The translations under genes and the position numbers were made by a program. A stretch of 64,000 nucleotides of DNA from Myxococcota bacterium (GTDB lineage: Bacteria; Myxococcota_A; UBA796; CAJQPC01): NCBI GenBank assembly GCA_036229005.1, contig JAZAMN010000036.1:1-64000 (forward strand), given 5' to 3'. Shown here piece by piece: positions 37,101 to 46,273 of this stretch (positions are counted from its first letter, which is position 1; every line of letters starts with the position of its first letter). Below the pieces are notes generated by a model. The model did no database searches, was not told the origin of the DNA, and was given only the letters and a program-made list of their open reading frames with translations.

Positions 37101-37800
37101 GGACCTCAGCGCGCCAGCGCTCCCGGAAGCTGAGGTAGGCCTTCTGGAACTGCTGGGCGGCCTGGATCTCCGCGTTGGGGTCGAGGGGCTCAGGCTCGGG
37201 CAGGATGGGCAGGTCGGGGTCAGCCGCGGCCCAGGCCAGGTCCATGAGGCTGGAGGGGCTGACCTTCGCGTCCTGCAGGTAGCGGGCGAAGGCCGGCGCC
37301 GCGTCGTGGGTGCGCGCGGTCCAGAAGTCCTGCACGAGCTCCCGCAGCAGGGGCTCCTGGTCGGCCACGAGCTCGGTGTCGAAGAGCACGCCCGACTCGA
37401 AGGCGTTCTCCTGGAGCATGCGGCGGCAGAAGCCGTGGATGGTGGAGATCGCGGCGAGGTCGAAGCTGGTGAGCGCTGTGCGGAGCTGGCGGATGGCCCC
37501 TGCGCGGGCCTCCGGATCCGAGAAGCGGTGGGCGAGCTCCTCCAGCAGCGGATCCGTCCCGGGGTGCTGGCTCTCCAGGCGCTGCAGGGCCTGCCGAATA
37601 CGCTCCCGGACGCGGTGCTGGAGCTCCGCGGTAGCCGCCTCGGTGAAGGTGACCACCAGGATCTCCTCGACGCGGAGGCCGTGCTCCAGCAGCAGCCGGA
37701 GCACCAGCGTGGTGATGGTGTAGGTCTTGCCGGTGCCCGCGCTGGCCTCGATCAAGGTGGTGCCGGGCGTGAGCTCCTGCATGGGATCGAAGGGGATCAT
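34144..37800 (-). CDS. recB: Exodeoxyribonuclease V beta subunit
   Basis: IEASAGTGKT, TIHGFC, IDEFQDTD, IGDPKQAIY and YVALTRA motifs; nuclease motif GFIDL...VDYKTN. Confidence 0.96.
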   Translation of the reverse strand: MIPFDPMQELTPGTTLIEASAGTGKTYTITTLVLRLLLEHGLRVEEILVVTFTEAATAELQHRVRERIRQALQRLESQHPGTDPLLEELAHRFSDPEARAGAIRQLRTALTSFDLAAISTIHGFCRRMLQENAFESGVLFDTELVADQEPLLRELVQDFWTARTHDAAPAFARYLQDAKVSPSSLMDLAWAAADPDLPILPEPEPLDPNAEIQAAQQFQKAYLSFRERWRAEVRDLQVWLKQNEFRGAPSDYWADNLEAHFLEVADYLASDIAHTPHPSLRVFSRQRLMEVFAGARFIPDGSLPDHVELFLAEHERCSLPPKRRLLHLRQELVRVVRSQLPAKKRRLNIQSFDDLLHSLRDALREPEHGPRLQRAIAKRYRAALIDEFQDTDPVQYEIFSSCFARSGGHLFLIGDPKQAIYAFRGADVFAYMRAVDDAGSRAFTLDTNWRSDPSLIGAVNHLFSRPQVPFVFQKIGFLSVKARPKAEDCWGGAALEICHLDRRFFGVHGTKPIPKSRLNHRLPDMVAQDITRMLHRAREGAFPLGDRDLSPGDIAVLVRTNAEASAVEDALRQWGVPSVRQGDASVLDSDEALQLERLMAAVTDPGDRGAVRGALADPLLGMRATELGQLDQGHPEWEAQVEHLREWKQLWESQSFARMFRSVMETWELQTRILVLPGGERRLTNLLHLVELLNSAALEEGLGPIGLLRWLRLEREGTGADASRADARKLRLESDAQAVQIVTIHKSKGLEYPVVFCPYLWSARLTQSWDRSVRFQAEDGRRTLDIGSEQFQANRDRQDLETRAEDMRLLYVALTRARHRCILYWGPFRNYEHSPLGLLLHQPLGASAGQPGLDAATQHLKGLDDRRMRAELLELAEGSGGRLGVRGPDNAPTAFWQGDGRLDRELDCLVSTHRPDPNWRIGSFSSLAHAKQEDALPEHQAGLDHDGQTPPNLALESHEDTPEVLLLPFPRGARAGTFFHHVLELVDFQDTSELPKTSLELLRQHGFSEQWQPLVCEAVEQVLATPFGPDGLCLGGIPRGQRLDEMQFTIPVAEALSVADGASPILSSDLARVLRESGDSGLPEGYAERLAGLPFPELRGFLTGFIDLIFVHQGRWYLVDYKTNHLGDHLGDYQAPRLSPAMAESHYVLQYLLYSVALHRYLTQRLRGYAFEEHFGGCFYLYLKGMTPDTGPSHGVYSHRPNRALVEGLDALFRPGVS

Positions 37801-40800
37801 CGCCGGCCCTCCATGTGGTTGCGCAGCGGCAGCCCGATGCGGTTGGCCAGCCGCTCGAAGTCCCAGTCGTTGGGCAGGGCCACCTGATCCTTGACCTCCC
37901 AGGGGAGGACATCGCCCAGGACCTTCTGGACGTAGGGGTCGTGGCCCTCGCCGATGCCGCCGGAGCCAAAGGGGTTGTAGGGCAAGAAGGCGCTCTTGGT
38001 GGTGTACCAAGGGGGCTTGTTCGGGTTCTTCTGTCGGGCCCGGACGTAGCTCAGCGAGGTCTCCGGGAAGAAGAGCAGGGGATAGCGGCGGCCCAGCTCG
38101 TACAGGCGCAGCAGCTCCTCCAGCAGGGGCTCGGGCTCGTCCACCTTGCGGAAGCGCAGGGTCATCACCCCGCCGCCGCGCTCCGGCCTGCCGATGATGT
38201 AGCTGGGCTGCGGATCCACGAGCTGCATGCACAGGTGCTCCACCCAGAGGGCGACCATGTGCTTGGACCGGATGCGGCTGTATTGATGGAGCACCCTGCC
38301 GGCCGGGTACATGCGCTCCAGGCGCCCATGGAGCCGCACACCGCCGAGCGCCTGGTCCACGTTGACCGCGGGGAGGGGCCCGCCGTCCAGGTACCCACGG
38401 ACGCGCTCGGCCAGGGGGCCGACGAGGCCATGCAGCTCGCTGTACAGGGTGTCCCCAGGGCTCCCCAGAGGCAGCAGGCCCTGAGCGCGCACGGTCGGGT
38501 AGGCCTGATCCAGGGTCTCGCCCTCCAGGCTGCGCCCGAGCAGGGGCTCCGCGATCGCGTACAGCGCCAGGCCGTCGAGCTCGATGGGCTCGCGGTCCGC
38601 GATCTCGATGGCCTGATCCTGCAGCCGCAACCCCAGGCCCTTGCGGAGCAGGAAGGGGATGGGGCCCTGGAAGAAGTGGGCCAGCTCCTGGATGGAGAGC
38701 CGCTCCAGAGGCGGCTGCTCCGGAAGCGGCTGGTCGAAGAAAGGCGGCGGGGCCTGGCGGCTGCCCAGCAGGCTCTGTGCGCCGCGCAGGTGGTCCCGGG
38801 CGTAGGAGAAGCGCGGCGGCTGGAAGTTCCGGGGCGAGAAGGGCTGCAGCGGGTGCTCATGCACCAGGCGCTCCCGCAGGCGCCGCTCCTGTTCGTCGTC
38901 GTCCAGCGCGGGGTCCGGGGGCAGGGTGCAGGTCTCCAGGACCGAGTCCAGCAGCTCCGAGACGACAACGGAGGGGGGCAGGGGCTTGTTGTCCCGCACA
39001 CCCAGGCCGGTGTAGCTGATCCACAGCCGATCCCGCGCGGACAGCGTGCTCTCCAGGAAGAGGTAGCGGTCGTCCTCTCGGGGGGAGCGGTCGCCCAGCT
39101 TGGGCTCGGTCACCAGGTGGTCGAAGCCGAGCTGCTGCCCGTGACGGGGGAAGGCGCGCTCGTCCATCCCCAGCATGCAGACGACCCGGAAGGGGATGGT
39201 CCGCATGGGCACCATTCCGCAGAACAGCACCCGGCCCCCCAGGAAGGAAGCCGAAGGTCGGCTCTCTCCGAACAGGCTCTCCAGGTGCAGCCGCAGCACC
39301 CGCAGGTCCACCGGCTCGCTGTGCTCCGCGGAGTGCTCGACGGCCTCTTGGAGGGCCTCCAGGAGCTGCAGGTGCTGCCAGGCGTTGTCGTCATCCCGGT
39401 GCAGCAGGGCGGCCATCAGCGCGCCGATGTCCGCGGCCCAGCGCTCCAGGGAGCGGGGGTGCTCCAGTGCGGCGAGCTGAACGCGCAGCTTCTGGACGAA
39501 GTCCACGAAGCGACCGAGCTGGTGCGTGGTCTGTCCCTCGATCTCGTCGTAGGGGAGCACGCCCTGCCACATGCGGCGCCCGTCTCCGGGCATCGCCACG
39601 CCCAGGAGCAGCCGCTCCAGCCCGAAGGCCCAGGTGTTCTGGGGATCCGCCGGCTGGCCCATGCGCTGCCGGTGTGCTGCGTCCCAGCCCCAGCGGATGC
39701 CCGACGCCGCCACCCACTCCGTGAGCTGCTCGAGGTCCTGGGACACGAGCCCCTGGCGCTGCCGGATCTCCGGGTGGCTGAGCAGGTCCAGCACCGCGCT
39801 GGCCTGAGCCCGGCCACCCACCAGCTCCAGGATGGCCAGGGTCGCCGACGCCACCCCATTGCCCTTGCGCATGCTTCGGTCCGCCACCTTGAAGGGGATG
39901 AAGCGGTCGTCTTCCTGCGCGCGATCGAACACGGCGTGGATGAGGGGCGCCCAGCTCTCGACATCGGGCAGCAAGACCACCACATCCCGGGGCTTGAGCG
40001 CAGGCAGGGTGTTGAAGAGGTGGAGCAGGTGGTCCTGGAGCAACTGGACCTGCCGCATGGGGCTGTGGCACGCGTGCAGCTGAACGGACTGGTCGGCATC
40101 GGCGAGGACAATCGCAGGCCGATCCCGGCCCCTCCGCTCCAGGGCCAGCATGTCGGACTGCAGGGCGTGCAGCAGCGTGTCGGAGCCCGGGTCCACGAAC
40201 AGGTCCGGCCGCGGCTCCACGTAGGGGTGCTTCTCGACGATGGCCTGGAAGTCCCGCCCCAGCTTGCCCAGGCTGGCCAGCAAGGGGTGGCCCTCCTCCA
40301 TCGCGAGGGCCTCCTCCGCGAGCTGGGGCTGGGCGAAGAGGCTGCGCTGGATCTCCCGCTTGGAGCGGATGTCCGCCCACCACTGGTCCGAGGGGCTGAG
40401 CAGGTAGAGCGACAGGTCCACGTGTCCGGCCAGCAGGGCCAGCACCTGGGTGTACATGGGCGGCAGGGTCGTGACCCCGAACACGCTCACCCGCTCGGGC
40501 AGCGCCGGGAAGTGCCCCCCTCGGTGGGTGACCCGGTCGGTGAACTGGCGCATCAGCTCGGGCAGGGTGGGGGTGTCCAGGCGGGCCCGCAGCCATTGGA
40601 AGAGCAGCGGCTGCCAGGTGTCGAAGCTGTCGTCGGCGCGGGCCCAGCGGAGCAGCAGCTCAGGGCGGTACGAGGCGTAGCGCTCGAACACCCGGGCGAT
40701 GCGGCTGGCGAGCTGGAAGCGCTTGAGGCCCTTGGGATCGTCCTGGACGTAGCCGCGCAGCGGCGCGAACTCCTCGCGCTCGAGCAGCTCTCCCAAGCCA

Positions 40801-41090
40801 GCGAGGATGGTCCAGACCAGGCGCGGTGGATCCCAGCACTCCAGGCTGCCCTCCGGCATCTCCAGGACCTGCGTGAAGGCCTGCTGGACCAGGCGCCCGG
40901 GGAAGGGGTGCTCCAGGTTGGCGGCGATCCCGTGGTGCTGCGCGAGCTGCAGGCCCAGCCAGCGCGACATGCCCCGCGAAGCCACCGAGATCACCTCGGG
41001 TGCGAGGGGGTTGGACAGAGGTGTGTCCAGCGAGCGTGCCAGAGGGGTGAGCAGCCGCTCTACCTGATTGCTCCTGAATACCTTCAACAC
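37797..41090 (-). CDS. recC: Exodeoxyribonuclease V gamma subunit
   Basis: SNQVERL, HPLLASLG, CHSPMRQV, PMRTIPFRVV.MLGM, DRYLFLE and HPLQPF motifs. Confidence 0.95.
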   Translation of the reverse strand: MLKVFRSNQVERLLTPLARSLDTPLSNPLAPEVISVASRGMSRWLGLQLAQHHGIAANLEHPFPGRLVQQAFTQVLEMPEGSLECWDPPRLVWTILAGLGELLEREEFAPLRGYVQDDPKGLKRFQLASRIARVFERYASYRPELLLRWARADDSFDTWQPLLFQWLRARLDTPTLPELMRQFTDRVTHRGGHFPALPERVSVFGVTTLPPMYTQVLALLAGHVDLSLYLLSPSDQWWADIRSKREIQRSLFAQPQLAEEALAMEEGHPLLASLGKLGRDFQAIVEKHPYVEPRPDLFVDPGSDTLLHALQSDMLALERRGRDRPAIVLADADQSVQLHACHSPMRQVQLLQDHLLHLFNTLPALKPRDVVVLLPDVESWAPLIHAVFDRAQEDDRFIPFKVADRSMRKGNGVASATLAILELVGGRAQASAVLDLLSHPEIRQRQGLVSQDLEQLTEWVAASGIRWGWDAAHRQRMGQPADPQNTWAFGLERLLLGVAMPGDGRRMWQGVLPYDEIEGQTTHQLGRFVDFVQKLRVQLAALEHPRSLERWAADIGALMAALLHRDDDNAWQHLQLLEALQEAVEHSAEHSEPVDLRVLRLHLESLFGESRPSASFLGGRVLFCGMVPMRTIPFRVVCMLGMDERAFPRHGQQLGFDHLVTEPKLGDRSPREDDRYLFLESTLSARDRLWISYTGLGVRDNKPLPPSVVVSELLDSVLETCTLPPDPALDDDEQERRLRERLVHEHPLQPFSPRNFQPPRFSYARDHLRGAQSLLGSRQAPPPFFDQPLPEQPPLERLSIQELAHFFQGPIPFLLRKGLGLRLQDQAIEIADREPIELDGLALYAIAEPLLGRSLEGETLDQAYPTVRAQGLLPLGSPGDTLYSELHGLVGPLAERVRGYLDGGPLPAVNVDQALGGVRLHGRLERMYPAGRVLHQYSRIRSKHMVALWVEHLCMQLVDPQPSYIIGRPERGGGVMTLRFRKVDEPEPLLEELLRLYELGRRYPLLFFPETSLSYVRARQKNPNKPPWYTTKSAFLPYNPFGSGGIGEGHDPYVQKVLGDVLPWEVKDQVALPNDWDFERLANRIGLPLRNHMEGRR

Positions 41091-41154
41091 AAGGCGTCCC
41101 CGTTGAGAGTCATCAGGCTATCGCCTGGCAGAGCCAAAAACTGTCCGGGGGCGA

Positions 41155-42180
41155 TCACTTCTTGCGGGATCCTCGGCGTCCCCCCTGGCGCTTCTGCTCG
41201 ATCTCCTGCAGCTCCTCCCGCAGCTTGCGCCAGGCCTCGACCCGCTCGGGATCCACGCTCCCGGCCTCGACCGCCTGGTCGAACGCACAGCCCTCGTCCC
41301 CGTTGTGCCGGCAGTCGTTGTACAGGCAGTGGGCCGCCAGGCTGGCGATCTCCGGGAAGGCCTCGTCCAGGCCGTCCGCGCTCCACAAGCGCATCTCCCG
41401 CATGCCGGGGGTGTCGACCACGAGCGCTCCACCGGGCAGGGCGAAGAGCTCTCGGTGGGTGGTGGTGTGCCGGCCCTTGGCGTCCTTCTCGCGGACCTCG
41501 GCGGTGGCCTGCAGGTCCTCGCCGACGAGCTGGTTGAGCAGGGTGGACTTCCCGACGCCCGAGCTGCCCAGAAGGCAGACCGTCATCCGGGGCTCCAGGA
41601 AGGGCGCCAAGGCCTCCAGGCCCGCGCCATGCTTGGCGGCGATCGCCAGCACGGGGGCGCCTGCGGCGATCTCCTCCACCGCCTCCAGGGCCTCCTCGAC
41701 GTCCTCGGGGTCCACCTGGTCGGTCTTGTTCAGGAGCACGACGGGCTCGGCGCCGCTCTCCCAGGTGGCCGCCAGGTAGCGCTCCATGCGGCGCAGGTTG
41801 AAGTCCCCGTCCAGGGCCATCAGCAGGAAGGCCCGGTCGATGTTCGCGGCGACCACCTGGGGCTTGGCGTGGAGCCCGGCGACCTTGCGGACGAAGAGGC
41901 TCTTGCGGCCCAGCACGGCCTCGACGGTGGGGCGGCGCCCCTTCCCCAGACGCAGCGCGACGAAGTCACCGACCCCGGGGAGATCGATGGACTCCGAGCG
42001 GTGGCGCAGGCGACCGGTGGCGCGGGCCATCACCTCGCCCTTGTCGGAGCGGACGCGCCAGGCGCCGCGGTGCTCCGAGACCACCCGCGCGCCCAGCAGG
42101 CCGCGGATCTTGAGCTCGACGCCGATCTGGGCCAGCTCGCTCTGGTGTTCCGGGGTCCAGCCCAGGGTCTTGAGATCCAT
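41155..42180 (-). CDS. rsgA: Ribosome small subunit-dependent GTPase A
   Basis: NKTD, GSSGVGKSTL, GRHTTT, DTPG and Zn motif CLYNDCRH..D.GC. Confidence 0.95.
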   Translation of the reverse strand: MDLKTLGWTPEHQSELAQIGVELKIRGLLGARVVSEHRGAWRVRSDKGEVMARATGRLRHRSESIDLPGVGDFVALRLGKGRRPTVEAVLGRKSLFVRKVAGLHAKPQVVAANIDRAFLLMALDGDFNLRRMERYLAATWESGAEPVVLLNKTDQVDPEDVEEALEAVEEIAAGAPVLAIAAKHGAGLEALAPFLEPRMTVCLLGSSGVGKSTLLNQLVGEDLQATAEVREKDAKGRHTTTHRELFALPGGALVVDTPGMREMRLWSADGLDEAFPEIASLAAHCLYNDCRHNGDEGCAFDQAVEAGSVDPERVEAWRKLREELQEIEQKRQGGRRGSRKK

Positions 42181-42207
42181 GCTCCGGGTCTAACCGAAGC
42201 CGGGCGC

Positions 42208-42576
42208 TCAGGCGGCCAGGTGGAGGCTCCGGCGCAGATCCTGGCTTGGGGGGGCCTGCAGGGTGTTGCAGCCCGTGAACTCCTCCAGGCCCATCTCGAA
42301 CCAGGAGACCAGCTCAAAGGGGACGCGCCCGCCGATCTTCTCGAAGTTCACCGTCAGCTCGCGCTGGCCCAGGGTGGCCTCCAGCCAGATGTGCTGACCG
42401 TCGACCTGTACCGAGGCGTGGACCTGGTCTCCGTGGACCCGGATCCGGGACTTGGGCAACGCCAGGAAGAGAGCGGTCTCGATGACGCGCGGCATCAGGT
42501 AGCGCATGCGCAGGTAGCCGCGCTGGTCGGCGACGGTCCAGGCGACCAGGCGGCCGAGGGACTGGGGGCGAATCAT
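42208..42576 (-). CDS. Hypothetical protein
   Basis: ATG with GGAG SD; co-oriented between the MFS gene and rsgA. Confidence 0.55.
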   Translation of the reverse strand: MIRPQSLGRLVAWTVADQRGYLRMRYLMPRVIETALFLALPKSRIRVHGDQVHASVQVDGQHIWLEATLGQRELTVNFEKIGGRVPFELVSWFEMGLEEFTGCNTLQAPPSQDLRRSLHLAA

Positions 42577-42609
42577 CTGGGGACTCCGTGTGCTGGCTGT
42601 CCCCTCGGA

Positions 42610-43902
42610 TCAGGTGTCCGCCCATTCAAGCGGCTCGCCTTGCTTTTTGAGCCAGATCTGCCGGAGCTGCCAGAGAAGCCCTGAGGTGCAGAGGGCGGCG
42701 CCCATCCACACCGCCAGCGTCTGCGCACCGGTCCCCGCGTCGGAGGCCCAGCTATAGATCGCCGTGGAGGCCGCGAAGGTCGCCGTGAAGCCGGCCAGCT
42801 CCGCCGAGAACACCCGCCCCAGCAAGCGCCCGGGGACCACCTGCTGCAGGCGCACGGTCGAGAAGACCCAGCAGGTCGCGCCGCCCAGGTGGGCGATGGC
42901 GATCAGAAGCATCGCGTGGTGGAGCATCCCGGCCAGCCCCACGAGCGCGTAGAACACGCCGCCCCACAGAAAGCCCAGCCCGATCAGCCGCTCCATTCGG
43001 GCCTTGTCGCCCCGGGACATCCACCTGGCCAGAAAGGGGCCCAGGCCTGTGCCGATCCCGCGCGCCACGTAGAGCGCCGTGACCCCCAGCATGTCGCTGT
43101 CCTGCACCCGCGCGGCCAGCCCCGAGAACAGGCTGTCATCGCGGGCGTGCAGCGGCCCCTCGCCCAGCAGGGTCAGGATCAGGGTCGCCGCGCCGCCGAT
43201 GGTCCAGAGGCTCTTCACGAACACCAGCGTCCAGACCCGGCGGTGGCTCGCCATGTATTGGACGCCCTCGGCCAGGGTCCCGGAGCCCTTGCGCTCCGGC
43301 GCCTCGATCGCCGGGAGTCGCAGCAGGAAAGCCATCGAGATGAGGTAGGACGCCGCGTCCGCCAGCAGCGCCGCCTCCCAGCCCATCCAGGCCGTGACCA
43401 GCCCGCCCGCCGCCGCGCCGAGGGTCAGCATCGCCGACCAGGTCGCCGCGTCCAGGGCACCTGCTGTCTCCAGGTCCTCCGCCTTGACCACCGACGGCAC
43501 GATCGCCCGCCGCGCCGGCTCGAAGAAGGCCCCCATGAAGGCCTGCAGCGCGACCAGCGCGTACAGCACCGGCAGCGAGGGGTACCAGATCTGCGCGAGC
43601 ATCCCCAGCACCACGATCGCCCGGCCGATGTCCGAGAGGATCATCACCTGCTGGCGGTTGAAGCGGTCCACCACCAGCCCGGCCAGCGGGGTCGCCAGCA
43701 GCGGCGGCAGGCTCTTGAGGATCAGCGTGCCACCCAGGGCCATCGCGCTGTTGCCGCCCACCTCCCGCAGCAGCGCGACCAGCGCCAGCAGGTTGAACCA
43801 GTCGCCGGCCATGCTGACCAGCCGGGCCAGATAGATCCGGCGGTACGCCGCGTTCGTCCGCAGCAGGGCCAGCACACCCGATGGTCCCTGAGGAGCGTTC
43901 AT
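42610..43902 (-). CDS. MFS transporter (H+ antiporter-3/EntS-like)
   Basis: About 12 TMs; GLVVDRFNRQQVM..SD.GRA, FFEPA and LLGRVFS motifs. Confidence 0.9.
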   Translation of the reverse strand: MNAPQGPSGVLALLRTNAAYRRIYLARLVSMAGDWFNLLALVALLREVGGNSAMALGGTLILKSLPPLLATPLAGLVVDRFNRQQVMILSDIGRAIVVLGMLAQIWYPSLPVLYALVALQAFMGAFFEPARRAIVPSVVKAEDLETAGALDAATWSAMLTLGAAAGGLVTAWMGWEAALLADAASYLISMAFLLRLPAIEAPERKGSGTLAEGVQYMASHRRVWTLVFVKSLWTIGGAATLILTLLGEGPLHARDDSLFSGLAARVQDSDMLGVTALYVARGIGTGLGPFLARWMSRGDKARMERLIGLGFLWGGVFYALVGLAGMLHHAMLLIAIAHLGGATCWVFSTVRLQQVVPGRLLGRVFSAELAGFTATFAASTAIYSWASDAGTGAQTLAVWMGAALCTSGLLWQLRQIWLKKQGEPLEWADT

Positions 43903-43966
43903 GCCCCTCTCTATCCGGCAAGGCCCCAGGCGGCGGGCTATCTGCTGCCCCCGAGGGAAAGACGCT

Positions 43967-44833
43967 ATGTCCCAAGACTGGACCCACGCCCAGTGGCACC
44001 CCTTCCTCAAGCCCCAGGACTGGAAGGGCGCCGAGCACGCCATCTGCCACCCGCTCCTGGCCACCGCCCAGGACGTGCCCGAGATGCCCTGGGTGGCGCT
44101 CTGCCGCGATCTGCCCGAGCAGTTCATCTTCCCCCCGGCGGAAGAGGTCGACGGCCTCACCCTCAAGCAGCTCGGCCCGCTCGCCCTCACCAACATGGCG
44201 CAGACCAAGGTGGAGTGGGCCATCCAGCACGCCGGCGAGGTCCCCCTCCTGGTCGGCAAGGGCCCCTACGCCGCCGAGCAGCTCCTGGATCCCGCGCTCC
44301 CCGCCTTCGCCCTCCAGAAGCTCGGGGTCTCCAAGGTCGTCGCCGCCGCGCCCCGCCGCGGGATCCTGCTGATCCGCCCCTCCGAGGGCCCCGGGCTCGA
44401 CGCCTTCCAGGCCTGGATCGCCCACCTCTTCTACGCCGAGGCCCACCAGCCCGTGATGCCCTTCGGGCTCATCCTCGGAGAGGCCGGAATCCACGGCGTC
44501 CTGCGCGATGAGCAGCTCCTCGCCTTGGGTCGGGATCGCGCGCAGAGCGGGGCGTCCAAGCGCCTGGTCCAGGTGGTGGGCTACCAGGCCGCGACCCAGA
44601 CCCTCTTCCTCTCCTGTGCCCCCGCGCCCGGTCAGGGCCTCCCCCCCGAAGACCTCGACTGGATGCAGCGAATCGTCGACGAGGGCGTCTTCCAGGGGCG
44701 CCCCGTGCTCCAGCTCCGCATGACCCTGCCCAGCGTCGGTCTGGCCCAGCTCATCGCGCCCCACGTCCAGGAGCTGCCCATCTCCCTGGAGGCCGTCGGG
44801 CCTGACGGCAAGCTCGTCCCCGTGGGGATCTGA
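43967..44833 (+). CDS. Hypothetical protein, weak DUF1444-like resemblance
   Basis: GC-biased coding ORF; G.GPYAAEQLL...VVAAAPRRGILL pattern. Confidence 0.55.
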   Translation: MSQDWTHAQWHPFLKPQDWKGAEHAICHPLLATAQDVPEMPWVALCRDLPEQFIFPPAEEVDGLTLKQLGPLALTNMAQTKVEWAIQHAGEVPLLVGKGPYAAEQLLDPALPAFALQKLGVSKVVAAAPRRGILLIRPSEGPGLDAFQAWIAHLFYAEAHQPVMPFGLILGEAGIHGVLRDEQLLALGRDRAQSGASKRLVQVVGYQAATQTLFLSCAPAPGQGLPPEDLDWMQRIVDEGVFQGRPVLQLRMTLPSVGLAQLIAPHVQELPISLEAVGPDGKLVPVGI

Positions 44834-45280
44834 GTGGGGGAGGGCGGGTACAAGCTCCTGCTCATCGGCGCCATCGCCGCCATCGCCCTGATGTTGGGCT
44901 GCGCCGCGCTCTTGGGAGGCGTGCACCTGAGCGGTCTGGGATCTCGGACCACCACCCAGACCGAGCAGGCCGCCCAGGACGGCGCGAGATCCGGCCGCAC
45001 CAGCGAGGTCATTGGTTGCGTGACCCGGTCCCTGGAGCGTCAGGACGCGTGCGGAGATCTGGATCCCGTCTGCCAGCTCGAGGCCAGCGCCTGGAGCGCC
45101 GGCTGCCTCAGCGAGGCCGACGACCCCACCGGGATCTGCAGCCAGGCCCCATCCCCGCTGGACACCGAGGCCTCCGTCGCCTGGACCGTCGAGGTCTGCG
45201 CCCAGCTCGGCGACCCCCCGGAATGCCTGAGCCGCCTGGGCCCCATCCAGCAGCTCTGCGCGCTCCAGTCGGAGCTCTGA
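44834..45280 (+). CDS. Membrane-anchored Cys-rich protein
   Basis: N-terminal hydrophobic segment; eight Cys in the C-terminal domain; starts immediately after the upstream stop. Confidence 0.65.
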   Translation: MGEGGYKLLLIGAIAAIALMLGCAALLGGVHLSGLGSRTTTQTEQAAQDGARSGRTSEVIGCVTRSLERQDACGDLDPVCQLEASAWSAGCLSEADDPTGICSQAPSPLDTEASVAWTVEVCAQLGDPPECLSRLGPIQQLCALQSEL

Positions 45281-45290
45281 GGGCGCTCAG

Positions 45291-45354
45291 GGCGCGCGCT
45301 GGACCTTCGGGGCGCGCTCGTCCTTCGGGGCGCGCTGGTCCTTTCGGGGGCGCT
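45291..45354. repeat. Short tandem repeat, about 18-nt unit x3
   Basis: GCGCGCTGGACCTTCGG / GGCGCGCTCGTCCTTCGG / GGCGCGCTGGTCCTTTCGGG between convergent genes. Confidence 0.75.
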
Positions 45355-45667
45355 ACTTCTTCTGGTCGCGCAGGGCCTTGAGACGGGCCAACTCCTCCTC
45401 CGCGCGGGACTTCCGGGCCAGGCGCTCCTGGTGCACCCGCTTCCGGCCGCTCTCGTTGGCCGCCATGCGGGCCCGGGCGCGGTCTTCGAGCTCCGCGTCG
45501 GCCGCCTGCACCTCTTCGAGATCCCCGACCAGGTGCTTCTCCAGGTCGTCCACGACCTCGTGCGCGGCCTTCTCCGCGGCGGCCTGGGCGGCCTTGGTGG
45601 AGGCGTCGGTGGCGATCACCTGGCCGGTCTTCTTGAGGCGCGAAAGCAGGTCGTCGAGCAGGCTCAT
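45353..45667 (-). CDS. Small coiled-coil hypothetical protein
   Basis: Ala/Glu/Arg-rich helical sequence ending AEEELARLKALR; TAGGAT 6 nt upstream of ATG. Confidence 0.65.
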   Translation of the reverse strand: MSLLDDLLSRLKKTGQVIATDASTKAAQAAAEKAAHEVVDDLEKHLVGDLEEVQAADAELEDRARARMAANESGRKRVHQERLARKSRAEEELARLKALRDQKK

Positions 45668-45696
45668 GCCGGGATCCTACCCACCGCGCGGGCCCC

Positions 45697-46251
45697 TCAG
45701 AAGAGGCGATCCGGGTCGCAGGACCAGTTGTCACAGTCCACCACGTGCAGCCGGAGCACGCGCACCGTGGTCTGGGGCCCCGGATCCACGCGCACCTGCA
45801 CGCTGTGCTCCGCGCCCTGCCCGCCCTGGGGCAGCTTCATGACGCGCACCCAGCCCTGGGACTGATCGCCGCTGCTGATCCAGCGGTACTTGGTCACGGC
45901 GCTTTGGCCCTCCAGGAAGGCCTCGCCCGAGAAGTCGATCGCCCCGGGCTGCCCGTCCACCTCCAGCTCACCGCTGAGCCAGGGGCGCTGGAAGTGGTGC
46001 GAGACGTCCAGCTCCACCCAGATCTCCTGGGCGTGCGGGCCCTCGGTCCAGCGCAGGGTGTCGGCCACGCCGGGGTCCAGGGCCAGCGTGCTCTGGGGCT
46101 CCGAGGGGAGCATCGCCAGCATCATCGCCGCAATGACACCGGCGGTCCCTGCGAACAACAGCAGCGCACCCAGGGTGGATGCGGCCATCACCCCAAAGCT
46201 CACGGCCGTCAGGCCAAAGAGGAAGCGTCTGTCGTCGGACATCGCCGACAT
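45697..46251 (-). CDS. Hypothetical membrane-anchored protein with beta-rich domain
   Basis: N-terminal hydrophobic segment; start could be 46251 or 46242. Confidence 0.6.
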   Translation of the reverse strand: MSAMSDDRRFLFGLTAVSFGVMAASTLGALLLFAGTAGVIAAMMLAMLPSEPQSTLALDPGVADTLRWTEGPHAQEIWVELDVSHHFQRPWLSGELEVDGQPGAIDFSGEAFLEGQSAVTKYRWISSGDQSQGWVRVMKLPQGGQGAEHSVQVRVDPGPQTTVRVLRLHVVDCDNWSCDPDRLF

Positions 46252-46273
46252 CGTATCGGGATACCCTTCCGCC

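Noticed and set aside
32303..41090. Chi-site (GCTGGTGG) analysis for RecBCD
   Set aside because: Such octamers arise readily from Leu/Val codons in GC-rich DNA; Chi identity cannot be inferred without genome-wide statistics
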